64,000 nt of DNA from an uncultured bacterium (GCA_903850545.1 CAINLW010000009.1:2311-66310), one strand, 5' to 3'. Shown: positions 47,820-60,116, counted from the stretch's first letter. The notes: generated from the letters alone by a model not told the origin. Program-made: numbers and translations.

Positions 47820-48232
47820 TTTTCCCTCCCAAAGATCCCGCTGGGATTACAATTACATAGGCAAAATAAAAAGTCAACATACTCATTTGTTCTATTGACT
47901 TTATTTGGCATTTAGTTTACACTTGTAATAACTTTAAAACGAATGTGTTGCGGGCGTAAAGTGCCAAATAAGTAGGCTAGATTAAGTTGCTAAACGTCTT
48001 GCTTAAAAAAATAAGTTAAATTTTAAAAAGGAATAGAGAAACCTTATTGGGGAGGTTTGTCTTTTTTTGTTTAAAATTTGGTTTTTGTAAATAACAAAAA
48101 CCTTGTCAGTATGAATATAAAAATGTCGCATATTTTTATATTTTTTGACAAATAAATCGTATTTATTTTTTTGTGCGAGATTTTGTTAGATTAATACTTA
48201 ATATTTACTAACGAAAATAATAAAAATTATTC

Positions 48233-51200
48233 ATGAAAAGACCGGCAAATATTTTAACTGAAGGTGCGACTGGAGGAGAGCTAAAAAAGAAATATTTTAG
48301 CAAATACAAGAAACCTCTAATCAACACGCCAAACTTAGTTGACCACCAAATTAAGTCATATAAGTTGTTTTTGAAAGATGGTATCGCAGATGTGTTTAAA
48401 GAATTTTCCCCAATCAAAGATTACGCAGACAAAAAATTTGAATTGTATTTTTCTGGATTTGAAATTGGTGAATCAAAATATAATGAATTTCAAGCAAAAG
48501 AAAAGAAAATTTCATATGATGGACAACTAAAAGCAAAGGTTATCTTAAAAAACAAAACCTTTGGAACAGAAAATGAGCAGGAAATCTTTTTGACTGATAT
48601 TCCTCTTATGACTGATCATGGTACTTTCATTATAAATGGTATTGAAAGAGTTGTTATTCCTCAACTTGCAAGATCATATGGAATATTTTTTACTTTAAAC
48701 GATGCAAAAGGTAAAAATCAATTTGGAGCAAAAGTTATTCCAGCTCGCGGTTCTTGGATTGAAATTGAATCTGAGACAGACGGTGCTATTTATGTAAAAA
48801 TAGACAAAAAGAGAAAATTTGCGATTTCTTCTCTTTTGAGAATTTTTGGTGCAAAAACAGATAAAGATATTACAGCATTATTTGATGGTAATGATGAAGC
48901 TTTGAAAGTTATTGAGACAACTATTCTAAAAGACCATGCAAAAAGTCAAGACGATTCATATCTTGAAATATACAAAAGATTAAGAGACGGGGATCTAGCG
49001 GCACTTGAAAATGCAAAAGAATATGTAAATGCAGTATTTAGTGCAGAAAGATACGATATATCAAAAGTTGGACGTTCAAAATTCAACAAGAGATTTAATT
49101 TACCTACAGATGAAAAAACTCTAGAGAAAAAACATATTACTCTTGAGGATTTTGTTATTACAATAAAAAAGATTGTTGAACTTAATAATGATCCTGAAGC
49201 AAAAGAAGATGATATTGACCATTTGGGTTCAAGACGTGTCCGTTTTGTAGGAGAACTACTACAGCAAAAGTTTCGTGTTGGTATGGCACAAATGAAAAGA
49301 AATATTCAAGACAGAATGTCTACCGTTGATCCTGATATAAAAATGCCAGTTCAATTTATTTCTGCAAGACCACTTCAAGCAAGAATTAAAGAGTTTTTCT
49401 CAACAGGTCAAATGTCACAGTTTATGGATCAGGTAAACATTTTGAGCGAGCTTGAACACCTAAGAACGCTTTCTGCACTCGGTCCTGGAGGACTTACTAG
49501 AGAAAGAGCGGGATTCGAAGTTAGAGACGTTCACCCATCACACTATGGAAGACTTTGTCCTATTCAAACACCTGAAGGTCAAAACATTGGTCTTATTTTG
49601 AGGATGTCAACTTACGCAAAAATAAACGATTTTGGAATGATTGAAACTCCATATGCAAAAGTAAAAAAGGGAGTTATTACAAACGAAATCAAATATTACA
49701 ATGCGGTTGAAGAAGAAAATTTTAAAATTGCACACGCTGCCACAGCATATGATGACAAAGGAAAAATCTTAGAGGAAGAAGTTGAAGTTCGTCTAAACGG
49801 AGAACCAAAACTTGTAAGAAGTGATGAGGTAGATCTTATTGACGTTGCAGCAAACCAAGCATTTTCAGTTGGAACTTCTATTATACCTTTCTTAAACCAC
49901 GACGACTCTACAAGAGCTCTTATGGCAACGAACATGCAAAAACAAGCTGTTCCTTGTGTTATTCCTGAGGCAGCACTTGTTGCAACTGGAATCGAAGCAG
50001 AAGCAGCAAAATACACAGGTAGAGTAATTTTGGCAGAGGAAGAGGGAACAGTTACAGCAATTGATGCTACAAAAGTTGCAGTAAAATCTTCAAAAACAAA
50101 CAAAGAAAAGGTTTACAGTCTTGTAAATTTCTCAAGAACAAATGGATTTACCCCGTTCCACCAGAGACCAAGTGTCAATCTTGGACAAAAAGTTAAAAAA
50201 GGGGAATTACTTGCAGATACTTCATCTACTGTCAACGGAGAAATGGCACTTGGACAAAATGTTCTCGTAGCTTTTATGACATGGAGCGGATCAAACTATG
50301 AAGACGCAATTATTTTATCTGAAAAATTAGTTAAAGATAGCAAATTTTCATCAATACACATTGAAGAAATACAGGTAAATGTTCGCGATACAAAACTTGG
50401 ACCTGAAATCACAACTCACGATATTCCAAATGTTGGAGAAGCAAAATTAAAAAATCTTGATGAAGACGGAATCATTAGAATTGGAGCTGAAGTAAACACT
50501 GGAGATATTCTTGTTGGTAAAATTACACCAAAAGGAGAAACCCAGCTTACACCTGAAGAAAGATTGTTAAGATCAATCTTCGGAGAAAAAGCTAGAGACG
50601 TTAAAGACACATCAAAAAGATTAGAAAGTGGAAAATTGGGAAGAATTATTTCTGTAAAAGTATTTTCTAGAGAAAATGGAGATAAACTTGAATCAGGAAT
50701 TATAAAAAGAATTCACATAGAAGTAGCTCAATTAAGAAATGTTTCTGTCGGAGACAAACTTGCTGGTAGACACGGAAACAAAGGTGTTATTTCAAAAATC
50801 TTGCCAGTTGAAGATATGCCGTTTATGGCAGATGGAACTCCCGTTGATGTTATCCTTACACCACTCGGTATTCCAAGTCGTATGAACCTTGGACAAATTC
50901 TTGAATTACACTTAGGACTTGCTGCAAACACTTTAGATTATCAGGCAATCGTTCCACCTTTCATGGGAGCAACTGATACAGAAATAAAAGAAGAACTTGT
51001 AAAAGCTGGTTATAATTCAAACGGAAAAATGCCACTATTTGATGGTAGAACCGGTATAAAATATGAGCAAGATATTTCTGTTGGATATATGTATATTTTG
51101 AAACTTCACCATGAAGTAGAAGACAAGATACACATGAGATCTATCGGACCTTACTCAATGATTACTCAGCAACCTTTGGGAGGAAGAGCACAAGGAGGAG

Positions 51201-51448
51201 GACAGAGATTTGGAGAAATGGAGGTGTGGGCACTTCTTGGATACGGTGCTGCTTATACGCTACGCGAAATGCTCACTATAAAATCAGATGATATTGTGGG
51301 AAGATCATCAGCTTTTGATTCAATCGTTAAAGGAGAAAGAATCAAACAGCCAAATCTCCCAGCATCATTTAATGTATTGTTAAATAGCTTGAGAGGTCTC
51401 GCTCTAAATGTCGAACTCAAGAATGAAGATTTAGAAGAAGAAAAATAA
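48233..51448 (+). CDS. rpoB: DNA-directed RNA polymerase beta subunit (compact, 1071 aa)
   Basis: Rifampicin-region and catalytic motifs present (GSRRVRFVGELL.., NMQRQAVP-like, HGNKGV). Confidence 0.95.
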   Translation: MKRPANILTEGATGGELKKKYFSKYKKPLINTPNLVDHQIKSYKLFLKDGIADVFKEFSPIKDYADKKFELYFSGFEIGESKYNEFQAKEKKISYDGQLKAKVILKNKTFGTENEQEIFLTDIPLMTDHGTFIINGIERVVIPQLARSYGIFFTLNDAKGKNQFGAKVIPARGSWIEIESETDGAIYVKIDKKRKFAISSLLRIFGAKTDKDITALFDGNDEALKVIETTILKDHAKSQDDSYLEIYKRLRDGDLAALENAKEYVNAVFSAERYDISKVGRSKFNKRFNLPTDEKTLEKKHITLEDFVITIKKIVELNNDPEAKEDDIDHLGSRRVRFVGELLQQKFRVGMAQMKRNIQDRMSTVDPDIKMPVQFISARPLQARIKEFFSTGQMSQFMDQVNILSELEHLRTLSALGPGGLTRERAGFEVRDVHPSHYGRLCPIQTPEGQNIGLILRMSTYAKINDFGMIETPYAKVKKGVITNEIKYYNAVEEENFKIAHAATAYDDKGKILEEEVEVRLNGEPKLVRSDEVDLIDVAANQAFSVGTSIIPFLNHDDSTRALMATNMQKQAVPCVIPEAALVATGIEAEAAKYTGRVILAEEEGTVTAIDATKVAVKSSKTNKEKVYSLVNFSRTNGFTPFHQRPSVNLGQKVKKGELLADTSSTVNGEMALGQNVLVAFMTWSGSNYEDAIILSEKLVKDSKFSSIHIEEIQVNVRDTKLGPEITTHDIPNVGEAKLKNLDEDGIIRIGAEVNTGDILVGKITPKGETQLTPEERLLRSIFGEKARDVKDTSKRLESGKLGRIISVKVFSRENGDKLESGIIKRIHIEVAQLRNVSVGDKLAGRHGNKGVISKILPVEDMPFMADGTPVDVILTPLGIPSRMNLGQILELHLGLAANTLDYQAIVPPFMGATDTEIKEELVKAGYNSNGKMPLFDGRTGIKYEQDISVGYMYILKLHHEVEDKIHMRSIGPYSMITQQPLGGRAQGGGQRFGEMEVWALLGYGAAYTLREMLTIKSDDIVGRSSAFDSIVKGERIKQPNLPASFNVLLNSLRGLALNVELKNEDLEEEK

Positions 51449-51501
51449 TCTCAACATTTAGTTGTAGAAAAAATCTAAAAAATAATTAAATACTAAATAT
51501 T

Positions 51502-54500
51502 ATGATTAAAACAAAACAATCTTCAGATCAAAATTTCAACACAATATCCATCCACATTGCTTCTCCTGAAGTTATTGCAAAATGGTCATTTGGTGAAATT
51601 ACAAAACCGGAAACCATCAACTACAGAACGCAGAGATCAGAAAGAGGAGGACTCTTCGATGAAAAAATATTCGGTCCAGATAAGGACTACGAATGTTATT
51701 GCGGAAAATACAAAGGAATAAGATACAAAGGAATTGTTTGTGAAAAATGCGGAGTTGAAATAATCAGATCAATAGTCAGAAGAGAAAGAATGGGACATAT
51801 TGAATTGTCTACACCTGTTTCCCATATTTGGTTTTTGAGAGGAATACCTTCAAGACTTGGATCTGTAATGGGAATGTCAGTTGCTGATCTTGAAAAAGTT
51901 ATTTATTTCGCTGGATATATTATTACCCAAACTTTCCAACAAGAGAAAGATAGGATCTTAAAAGAAATAGAAAACGAATTTAAAAACAAAATAAAAACAG
52001 TTACCGACGAAAAAACAAAGGAAGCCTTGAAAGAAATGGCTACGAATGCCAAAAAGGAAGTTGAAGGAATTGTTGAAGGTAAAGTTTTAAACGAAGCTTC
52101 TTATCATAAATATTCAATAAAATACGGTCCTGCTTTTGAAGCTGGCATAGGAGGAGAAGTTATTTATGAACTTCTTAAAAAATTAAACTTGGATGATTTA
52201 GAGAAGAAAATTGTTACCGCACTAGAAAAAGCGAACTCTGCTGATTCTGAAAAACTAAACAAGAGATTGAGTTTGATAAGATCTATGATTGCATCAAAAT
52301 CAAGACCTGAATGGATGTTCTTAACAAAAATTCCTGTTATACCACCTGCACTAAGACCGATGGTACCACTTGATGGAGGAAGATTTGCTACATCTGATGT
52401 AAACGATCTTTACAGAAGAGTTATTAATAGAAATAACAGACTTCTTAAGCTAAAAGAAATTCATGCTCCAGACGTTATCTTGAGAAATGAAAAAAGAATT
52501 CTTCAAGAAGCGGTTGATGCCTTGATAGATAATTCAATCAGACATGGAAACGCTTTGTTTTCTGCTATGGGTTCGGCTTCAAGTAAAAGACTGTTGAAAT
52601 CTTTGGCAGACAATTTAAAAGGAAAAAGAGGTTTATTCAGACAAAATCTTCTTGGAAAACGTGTTGACTATTCTGGTAGATCAGTTATCGTTGTTGGTCC
52701 TGAATTACACTTGGATCAATGCGGGCTTCCAAAACACATGGCTCTTGAACTTTTTAGACCATTCGTTATTTCACAACTTTTGAAAAAAGAATTGGCTTAT
52801 AACATTCGTGGGGCTGGTAGATTGATTGATGATGGAGATCAAGAAGTTTGGGCAATACTTGAAGATGTCATTAAAGATAAATATGTTCTTCTAAACAGAG
52901 CCCCTACGCTTCACAGACTTGGTATTCAAGCTTTCAAACCAATACTTATCGAAGGAAACGCTATTCAGATTCACCCATTGGTATGTACAGCTTTCAACGC
53001 TGACTTCGATGGAGACCAAATGGCAGTTCACTTGCCACTAGGCGAAGAAGCGCAAAAAGAAGCGAAAGAAATTATGGCTGCTGACAAAAACATTTTGAAA
53101 CCTGGAGACGGAGATCCAACAATTTCTTCGAAACTTTTGGATATTGTGCTTGGATGTTATTGGATGACAAAAAATGTTGAGGGTGAGAAAGGTGAAGGAA
53201 AATATTATTCTTCAAAAAACGCCGCTATTACAGCTAGAGACTTTGATGTAATAGGATTTAGAACAAAAATTAAAGTTTTGCCATCAGAGAAAAAGAAATA
53301 TGACCAATTTGAAGGTAAAATATTTGAAACAACAGTTGGTAGATTGTTATTCAATTCATCATTACCTGAAGATTACCCATTTGTTAACAAAGAAATTGAT
53401 AACAAACAACTTAAAAAAATTATTGATGATTTAATTGTTCAGCATGGTCCAAATTCAATTGCTCCTATTATGGACAAAATCAAAGAGTTTGGATTCAAAT
53501 ATGCAACCTTATCAGGTGTCACTTGGGGTATAGATGATATTCAAATTCCAAAAGAAAAAGAGGCTATTGTTAAAAAAGCAAAACATAAATCTTTTGAGGT
53601 TTCTGAACAATTTAACGAAGGTTTGCTTATTGAAGAAGAAAGAATAAGAAAAAATATTGAAATTTGGCAAGGGGCAAAAGGAGAATTAGAAAAACTTATT
53701 ATTCCTTCTCAAGACAAAAACAGTTCAGCTTGCGATATGACAAAGTCTGGAGCTAGAGGATCTTTAGGACAACTAGTTCAAATGGCAGGTATGAAAGGTA
53801 TGATTCAAAACACAATGGGAGACACTATTGAATTCCCAGTTATTAACTGTTCAAAAGAAGGTTTTACTCCAATTGAATACTTCATTACAACTCACGGTTC
53901 AAGAAAAGGTCTTACTGACACTGCACTTAACACAGCAAGAGCTGGTTATTTGACCAGAAGATTGTTTGATGTTGCGCAAGATATTATTATCAAAGAAGAA
54001 GATTGTGGAACAAAAGAAAGTATAAAAATTTACAAGAGCTCTGGTAAGGATACAGGATCGTCTCTTGCAAAAAATATTAGAAGCAGAATTCTTGCTGAAG
54101 ACGCTGTAATGAAAGATGGGACTGTTTTATTCAAAAAAGGAACCCTACTTACAAAAATTGATGCTCAAGTGATTGAAAAATCAGATGTTGAGTCTGTTGC
54201 TGTCAGATCTCCACTTGTTTGTAAAACATTACACGGAATTTGCGCAAAATGTTACGGTATGGATCTTGGAAGAAATGCTTTGATAGATCTTGGAGAGGCT
54301 GTTGGAACAATCGCTGCTCAAGCTATCGGAGAACCAGGAACCCAGCTTACAATGAGAACATTCCACTCTGGAGGTGCTGCAGCTGAAGGTGGAGATATCA
54401 CGCAAGGTTTGCCTAGAGTTGAAGAAATTTTTGAAAAGAGAAGACCAAAAAATCCAGCCGTTATTGCAACAGTAAATGGTTTAATAACTTCTGTAAAAGA

Positions 54501-55176
54501 TTTTGGTAAAGAAAAAATAATCACAATAATTCCAGATCTAGAAGACAAAGGTAAAACAAAAAAATCAGGAGAAATTGAATACGTATTCAATCCAAAAAGA
54601 GTTGCGTTAGTTAAACAAGGAGATAAAGTCAAAAAAGGTCAATTACTCACAGACGGTTCAGCAGATGTAGATGAAATATTTGAATTTGCTGGAAGAGAAA
54701 AAGCTATTGAATATATTATTACCGAGGTCAGCAAACCTTACGAATTGCAAGGAGCTGCAGTTTCAAGAAAACACATTGAAATTATCGTTAAACAAATGTT
54801 TTCAAAGAAAATCGTCTCAAATCCAGGTGCATCTGATTTCTGTGTTGGCGACATCATTGATGAACTAGATTTGAAATTAGAAAATGAAGAAATAGCAGAG
54901 AGAAAAGGTGAACCAGTAGAAGCAAAACCTTTAGTTATGGGAATCACGGAATCATCACTCTCAAGAAGAAGCTTCTTATCCGCTGCTTCATTCCAACACA
55001 CAGTAAGAATACTTATAAATGCCGCAATAAAGGGAACAAACGACAATCTAGTTGGTCTAAAAGAAAATGTTATTATCGGTAGAATAATTCCATCTGGAAC
55101 AGGATTCGAAGGTAGTAAAAAATATGAAATGATAAGAGAGGTTCAAAAACAATTTGAAGGTGAAAACGAATACTAG
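51502..55176 (+). CDS. rpoC: DNA-directed RNA polymerase beta-prime subunit
   Basis: Zn-finger CYCGKYKG..CEKCG. NADFDGDQMAVH catalytic motif. Confidence 0.95.
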   Translation: MIKTKQSSDQNFNTISIHIASPEVIAKWSFGEITKPETINYRTQRSERGGLFDEKIFGPDKDYECYCGKYKGIRYKGIVCEKCGVEIIRSIVRRERMGHIELSTPVSHIWFLRGIPSRLGSVMGMSVADLEKVIYFAGYIITQTFQQEKDRILKEIENEFKNKIKTVTDEKTKEALKEMATNAKKEVEGIVEGKVLNEASYHKYSIKYGPAFEAGIGGEVIYELLKKLNLDDLEKKIVTALEKANSADSEKLNKRLSLIRSMIASKSRPEWMFLTKIPVIPPALRPMVPLDGGRFATSDVNDLYRRVINRNNRLLKLKEIHAPDVILRNEKRILQEAVDALIDNSIRHGNALFSAMGSASSKRLLKSLADNLKGKRGLFRQNLLGKRVDYSGRSVIVVGPELHLDQCGLPKHMALELFRPFVISQLLKKELAYNIRGAGRLIDDGDQEVWAILEDVIKDKYVLLNRAPTLHRLGIQAFKPILIEGNAIQIHPLVCTAFNADFDGDQMAVHLPLGEEAQKEAKEIMAADKNILKPGDGDPTISSKLLDIVLGCYWMTKNVEGEKGEGKYYSSKNAAITARDFDVIGFRTKIKVLPSEKKKYDQFEGKIFETTVGRLLFNSSLPEDYPFVNKEIDNKQLKKIIDDLIVQHGPNSIAPIMDKIKEFGFKYATLSGVTWGIDDIQIPKEKEAIVKKAKHKSFEVSEQFNEGLLIEEERIRKNIEIWQGAKGELEKLIIPSQDKNSSACDMTKSGARGSLGQLVQMAGMKGMIQNTMGDTIEFPVINCSKEGFTPIEYFITTHGSRKGLTDTALNTARAGYLTRRLFDVAQDIIIKEEDCGTKESIKIYKSSGKDTGSSLAKNIRSRILAEDAVMKDGTVLFKKGTLLTKIDAQVIEKSDVESVAVRSPLVCKTLHGICAKCYGMDLGRNALIDLGEAVGTIAAQAIGEPGTQLTMRTFHSGGAAAEGGDITQGLPRVEEIFEKRRPKNPAVIATVNGLITSVKDFGKEKIITIIPDLEDKGKTKKSGEIEYVFNPKRVALVKQGDKVKKGQLLTDGSADVDEIFEFAGREKAIEYIITEVSKPYELQGAAVSRKHIEIIVKQMFSKKIVSNPGASDFCVGDIIDELDLKLENEEIAERKGEPVEAKPLVMGITESSLSRRSFLSAASFQHTVRILINAAIKGTNDNLVGLKENVIIGRIIPSGTGFEGSKKYEMIREVQKQFEGENEY

Positions 55177-55278
55177 GTTTAACAGGATATAGTAAGTAGC
55201 TTTTTAGCTTCTTAGTAAAATACATTAGAATGTGTTTCCTAAAAAGCTAATAAGCTACAAGCTAATAAGCTATTTATA

Positions 55279-57054
55279 ATGTCCTCCGTAGATCAAATAA
55301 AAGAAAGATTAAATATTGAAGGTGTTGTTGGCTCCTACATCAAACTTGAGAAAGCCGGCAACAGCTTAAAAGCAAGGTGTCCTTTTCACAATGAAAAAAC
55401 GCCATCTTTCTTCGTATCTCCAGAGAGAGGAAGTTATTATTGTTTTGGGTGCGGTGCAAAAGGGGATATTTTTACTTTTGTTCAAGAATTTGAAGGTATT
55501 GATTTTCTTGGATCATTAAAAATTCTTGCAGATAAGGCAGGTATAACTCTTGAGAAATTTACTTCAAAAACTACTGACAAAAAAGAAAGATTATATCAAC
55601 TTTTGGAAACTGCGACTTTGTTTATGCAGAAAAACCTTGAAGCAGAAGATATTCCTTTAAGTTATTTGAAAAATAGAGGTCTCAACAACGAAACCATTAA
55701 AAATTGGAAAATAGGTTATGTCCGCGATGAATGGAGATCTATTTCTGATCATTTAAAATCAAAAGGGTTTATTGATGATGAAATAGAAAGAGCTGGAATA
55801 TCAAAAACTGAAGGAAAAAACACTTATGACAGATTTCGTGGACGAATAATGTTTCCTATTTTTGACTCTGCTGGACGTGTAATCGCATACTCTGGAAGAA
55901 TACTTCACGATGACGGAAAATCTGCAAAATATTTAAATTCGCCACAAACTGAGCTTTTTGATAAGTCAAAGGTTCTTTATGGATACGATAGAGCAAAACA
56001 ATCCATTAGAAAGTTTGATTTTTCAATTTTAGTTGAAGGACAAATGGATTTACTCATGGCACATCAAGCAGGTTTTACAAATGCTATTGCATCTTCTGGA
56101 ACCGCCCTCACAGTAGAACACTTGGCATTATTAAAAAGAATATCGAACAAAATAATAATGTCGTTTGATTCAGATTATGCGGGGGCAAAGGCAGCAGAAA
56201 GGGGATGGGCATTAGCACTTTCAAACGGAATGGATGTAAAAATCGCTGAAATACCAAAGGGATTTGATCCTGCCGACTTAATCCTTAAAGATAAAGAAAA
56301 ATTTAAAGATGTTATTAAAAATTCTACATTTTTAATAGATTTTCTTTTAAATAGAATTGAAGCGGAACATAAAGACCTGCCTGCGCAGGCAGGCAAAAAG
56401 AAATTGTGGCAAACAATAAAAAATAAGATTTTGCCATATGTTTACTTATTAGACGGAAATACGGAAAGAAGTAGATATGTAAAAAAAATATCCGATCTAA
56501 TAGACATAAAAGAAGACTTTATCTGGGATGATTTAAAAAAGGTCAAACTCGATGATGAATTTCAACCACAAAACACACAAGTCGAAAACAAAACTATAGA
56601 AAAAGAGATAAGTCAGGAAATATTAAAAAAAGGTTCGATAGAAAGAAGTTTGGCATCTATTTTGACTAAACAAGAGGGTCGGCAAACAGATACGACAAAT
56701 GTGCGAGAAAAAATAAAGAACATATTAAGTGATGAAAAATATTTAAAGTTTCAAGAAGAATACAAAAATAAAATAAATGAATTAGCTTTTGAAGCAGAGG
56801 GGTACTACGAAAATATTGACGACGATAAATTACAAAAAGAAACGGAATATTTGATTTTAAATCTACGCGAAGAATACTATAAAAAAGAACTGGAAAAGCT
56901 TTTAACAAACCTAAAACTAGCAGAAAAAAGTAAAATTGCAGAAATGATAGAGTCCATATCGCTAAGATTAAAACTACTGATGCAAAAATTAAGTGAGATT
57001 AAAAGCGAAAAAAATTCTTTTTATAAAAATAATCTCGATCAACCAAAAAAATGA
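55279..57054 (+). CDS. dnaG: DNA primase
   Basis: Zn-binding [33 protein letters not shown]. Confidence 0.85.
   Translation: MSSVDQIKERLNIEGVVGSYIKLEKAGNSLKARCPFHNEKTPSFFVSPERGSYYCFGCGAKGDIFTFVQEFEGIDFLGSLKILADKAGITLEKFTSKTTDKKERLYQLLETATLFMQKNLEAEDIPLSYLKNRGLNNETIKNWKIGYVRDEWRSISDHLKSKGFIDDEIERAGISKTEGKNTYDRFRGRIMFPIFDSAGRVIAYSGRILHDDGKSAKYLNSPQTELFDKSKVLYGYDRAKQSIRKFDFSILVEGQMDLLMAHQAGFTNAIASSGTALTVEHLALLKRISNKIIMSFDSDYAGAKAAERGWALALSNGMDVKIAEIPKGFDPADLILKDKEKFKDVIKNSTFLIDFLLNRIEAEHKDLPAQAGKKKLWQTIKNKILPYVYLLDGNTERSRYVKKISDLIDIKEDFIWDDLKKVKLDDEFQPQNTQVENKTIEKEISQEILKKGSIERSLASILTKQEGRQTDTTNVREKIKNILSDEKYLKFQEEYKNKINELAFEAEGYYENIDDDKLQKETEYLILNLREEYYKKELEKLLTNLKLAEKSKIAEMIESISLRLKLLMQKLSEIKSEKNSFYKNNLDQPKK
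56374..56394. repeat. 21-nt palindromic insert gacctgcctgcgcaggcaggc, in-frame within dnaG (encodes DLPAQAG)
   Basis: Identical 21-mer at 60599-60619 in an unrelated gene. Core cctgcctgc|gcaggcagg is a perfect 18-nt palindrome. Confidence 0.85.
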
Positions 57055-58283
57055 AAAAACACAAAAAAACAAAAAAAGTTTCTAAAAGAAAAATAGTAAA
57101 AGTTAAAAAAACTATTAAAAAGATAGTTCATAAAACGTCTACTAAAACAAAATCTGCTCCAAAATCAAAACCCTCTCCAAAAACAAAAAGTCCAAAGATT
57201 TCTTCTAAACTTAAAGAAATGGATATAAAGGCAGGCAGACTTATTTCAAAAGGTAGAGAAAGAGGTTTTATTACTTATGATGAGATTCTAAAGGAATTTC
57301 CTAAAATCGAAGATGATATTTTTTTCCTTGATGATTTATATAGCAAACTTGTAGTTGCAGGAATTGATGTTCTTGAAGGAGGCGGAATGCTTGAAGTTGA
57401 CGAAGAACAAATCAAAAAATATTCAACTTATGGCTCACGTTCAGCAGATGCTGGATATGACTCTATTCAAATATACTTGAAAGAGATCGGACAATATCCG
57501 CTTATCAATGCTTCAATGGAAAAGGATTTGGCAAGAAAAATTCAGCAAGGTGACAACGAGGCCAAAAATCTTTTAGCAAAAGCCAACTTAAGACTTGTTG
57601 TTTCTATAGCAAAAAAATACGTAGGAAGATCTGCCGATCTTACACTATTAGATTTGATACAAGAAGGGAACCTCGGTTTATTTAAAGCGGTAGATAAATT
57701 TGATTGGACAAAAGGTTTTAAATTTTCAACTTACGCAACTTGGTGGATAAGACAAGCGATTACAAGAGCTCTTGCCGACCAATCAAGAACAATCCGTGTA
57801 CCAGTTCACATGGTGGAAACAATCGCAAAATACAAACAAGTTTACAGAAGGCTATCTCAAGATTTGGGAAGAGAACCTCTTTCAGAAGAAATTGCTACTG
57901 AAATGGGACTAGAGGTAAGCAAGGTTTACATGATTGAAAAAATTGACCAAGACACAATATCTTTGGAAGCTCCCGTTGGTGACGATGATGATGGAAAATC
58001 AACTCTTGGTGACTTCGTTGCAGACGATAAAATACTTTCACCTGATCAAGAATCATCCAGAAGAATTCTTTCTGACCAAGTTAAAGAAATTCTAAATGAC
58101 CTTTCATTAAAAGAGAAAAAAATTCTTGAAATGAGACATGGATTAAATGACGGTGTCACTCACACACTTGAAGAAGTCGGACTAGAATTTGGCGTAACCA
58201 GAGAAAGAATTAGACAAATTGAAGCTAAAGCGCATGAAAAAATAAGAATTCATGAAAAAATAAATAGACTTCAAGCATATTAG
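57051..58283 (+). CDS. rpoD: RNA polymerase sigma factor, sigma-70 family (primary-like)
   Basis: Region 2 [23 protein letters not shown]. Region 4 [22 protein letters not shown]. 4-nt overlap with dnaG. Confidence 0.9.
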   Translation: MKKHKKTKKVSKRKIVKVKKTIKKIVHKTSTKTKSAPKSKPSPKTKSPKISSKLKEMDIKAGRLISKGRERGFITYDEILKEFPKIEDDIFFLDDLYSKLVVAGIDVLEGGGMLEVDEEQIKKYSTYGSRSADAGYDSIQIYLKEIGQYPLINASMEKDLARKIQQGDNEAKNLLAKANLRLVVSIAKKYVGRSADLTLLDLIQEGNLGLFKAVDKFDWTKGFKFSTYATWWIRQAITRALADQSRTIRVPVHMVETIAKYKQVYRRLSQDLGREPLSEEIATEMGLEVSKVYMIEKIDQDTISLEAPVGDDDDGKSTLGDFVADDKILSPDQESSRRILSDQVKEILNDLSLKEKKILEMRHGLNDGVTHTLEEVGLEFGVTRERIRQIEAKAHEKIRIHEKINRLQAY

Positions 58284-58362
58284 AAGCTGACTCCGTCAAA
58301 TTGACTTTTTTGACCGAGGCTGACTACTATCACGTTTGGTTAATAAATCATTATATTTAACC

Positions 58363-58395
58363 GCACCAACCACGAAGAGTGGGTGGTGCTTTTAT
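58363..58395 (+). terminator. Rho-independent terminator after rpoD
   Basis: gcaccaacc..gggtggtgc followed by TTTTAT. Confidence 0.55.
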
Positions 58396-58445
58396 AAACA
58401 AAAAAAGACTAGAAACTGTAGCATTTAAGTGCTAATATTTACTGT

Positions 58446-59087
58446 ATGAAAATATACTTTGTAAGACATGGTGAAAGCAAAGGTAATGTTGGACCTTTTG
58501 TTCAGGGTCCAGATGAACCACTTACTGAAGCAGGCCTTAAACAAGCACAGTTTGTGGCAAAAAGATTAGAATCTATTCCTGTTGACGTTATTTTAAGTAG
58601 TCCAGAAAAACGTGCAGAAATGACAGCAAAAATCATAAGTGCGACTATTAATAAACCAATAGAATTAAGTAATTTGTTGATTGAATTTGTTAAACCGTCG
58701 GTAATTGTTAAAAAACTTAAAAAAGATCCTGAAGTAAAAGAAATTAAAAAGCTTATAAAAGATCATTTTCACATTTATGGATGGAAACATTCTGATGAAG
58801 AAAATTTTGAAGATTTTAAAAAAAGAGCAATAAAGCTTCTTAATTATCTTTCAACACGTAAGGAACAAAACATTCTTATTGCTACACATGGAATTTTTAT
58901 GAGAATGCTTTTGGCGATTGTTGTTATGGGCGAAGAGCTTACCTCCCGTGAATATTGGAAATTTTTTATTACATTTTCCTTAGATAATACGGGTATAATG
59001 GTGCTTAAATCTAACGATGTTGGATTATATGAAGACTCACCTAAATGGGAATTGATTACTTGGAATGACCATGCCCACTTGGATTAA
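58446..59087 (+). CDS. Histidine phosphatase (phosphoglycerate mutase family)
   Basis: FVRHGESKGN catalytic RHG motif. Downstream ATHG. Confidence 0.65.
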   Translation: MKIYFVRHGESKGNVGPFVQGPDEPLTEAGLKQAQFVAKRLESIPVDVILSSPEKRAEMTAKIISATINKPIELSNLLIEFVKPSVIVKKLKKDPEVKEIKKLIKDHFHIYGWKHSDEENFEDFKKRAIKLLNYLSTRKEQNILIATHGIFMRMLLAIVVMGEELTSREYWKFFITFSLDNTGIMVLKSNDVGLYEDSPKWELITWNDHAHLD

Positions 59088-59093
59088 AAATTT

Positions 59094-60116
59094 ATGACCA
59101 CAGAATCTAACATTAGAAATATTCCACTTCCTGAAGATCATGAATTGATTGAACATTATCAACCAAGATTTTTAGGTATGGGCGGAGACCATCTTGTATA
59201 TGAAGTGGGAGGACATCCCGATGTTGTTATTAAAGCATCAACATATTATATAAAAGATATTTTGCTTGGCGAAAAGACAAAAGACCTTGTTGCAACTGAG
59301 ATATTAATAAAAAATGATCAAATCAGAGAGTTACGTGCTTTTTGGGGGAAAAAACACACTGTTCCAGAAAGACGTTACCTTATGCGAGTTCCGATTTCAA
59401 AAGATTTGTTAGATGAAATATTTAAAAATGATTGGTTAAGACGTGTTCCTCCAAATGGTTACGAGTCTTTAAAAGAGGTTTGGACATCAGTGATAGTGCA
59501 AGAAAAAGTTCCTGAAATTAATAACCCAGAACACAAAAGTTTTAGTTTTGGTGGTTTTGTGGAGGATGAATTAGAGAATATTGATCAAGTACAGTATGAA
59601 AAATTAAATCATACTTTTATTACCCATGAAACTGTATTAAATGAGGAAGATTTAAACCTATTCTTTAATCTACAAGATAGTCCAAAAACTCATCATTTAA
59701 AAGATCTGATCAAGCAAGCAGAAAGTGATAACGAGCTTAAAGAAATGCTTAAGAAGTTTGTTTTACAGGCGATCGATTTTGCAATAAAAACTGGGAATAT
59801 TTTGGCTCTAGCTGGAGAAAATAATGTTATTTTTTACAAAAAAGACAACGGCTGGAATTACTTACTAATAGATGCGACGCCCGTTCATTCAGGGCCAGTA
59901 TTTAAAGCATCCATGGAGATTCTTCATAAAATTATGCTTGGTGAGAATATTGATATTAAAGAAAAAGATTTATTAAAAAAAGGGTTAAATTTTACAAGAA
60001 CAATAAATGGTTTTGCAAAGAGTCTCGGTTTAAATGATTTTTTAGATATTATCAATACTCAAGATTCATTAGATAAAATTAATTTCTCAAGAATTTTTAA
60101 AGCATCTTTAAAATAA
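59094..60116 (+). CDS. Hypothetical protein
   Basis: 340 aa. No motif recognised. Confidence 0.4.
   Translation: MTTESNIRNIPLPEDHELIEHYQPRFLGMGGDHLVYEVGGHPDVVIKASTYYIKDILLGEKTKDLVATEILIKNDQIRELRAFWGKKHTVPERRYLMRVPISKDLLDEIFKNDWLRRVPPNGYESLKEVWTSVIVQEKVPEINNPEHKSFSFGGFVEDELENIDQVQYEKLNHTFITHETVLNEEDLNLFFNLQDSPKTHHLKDLIKQAESDNELKEMLKKFVLQAIDFAIKTGNILALAGENNVIFYKKDNGWNYLLIDATPVHSGPVFKASMEILHKIMLGENIDIKEKDLLKKGLNFTRTINGFAKSLGLNDFLDIINTQDSLDKINFSRIFKASLK

Noticed and set aside
49696-55046. Multiple 60-135-aa ORFs antisense within rpoB and rpoC (e.g. 49696-50103, 54318-54632, 54738-55046)
   Set aside because: Antisense shadows of highly conserved long genes. No independent support.
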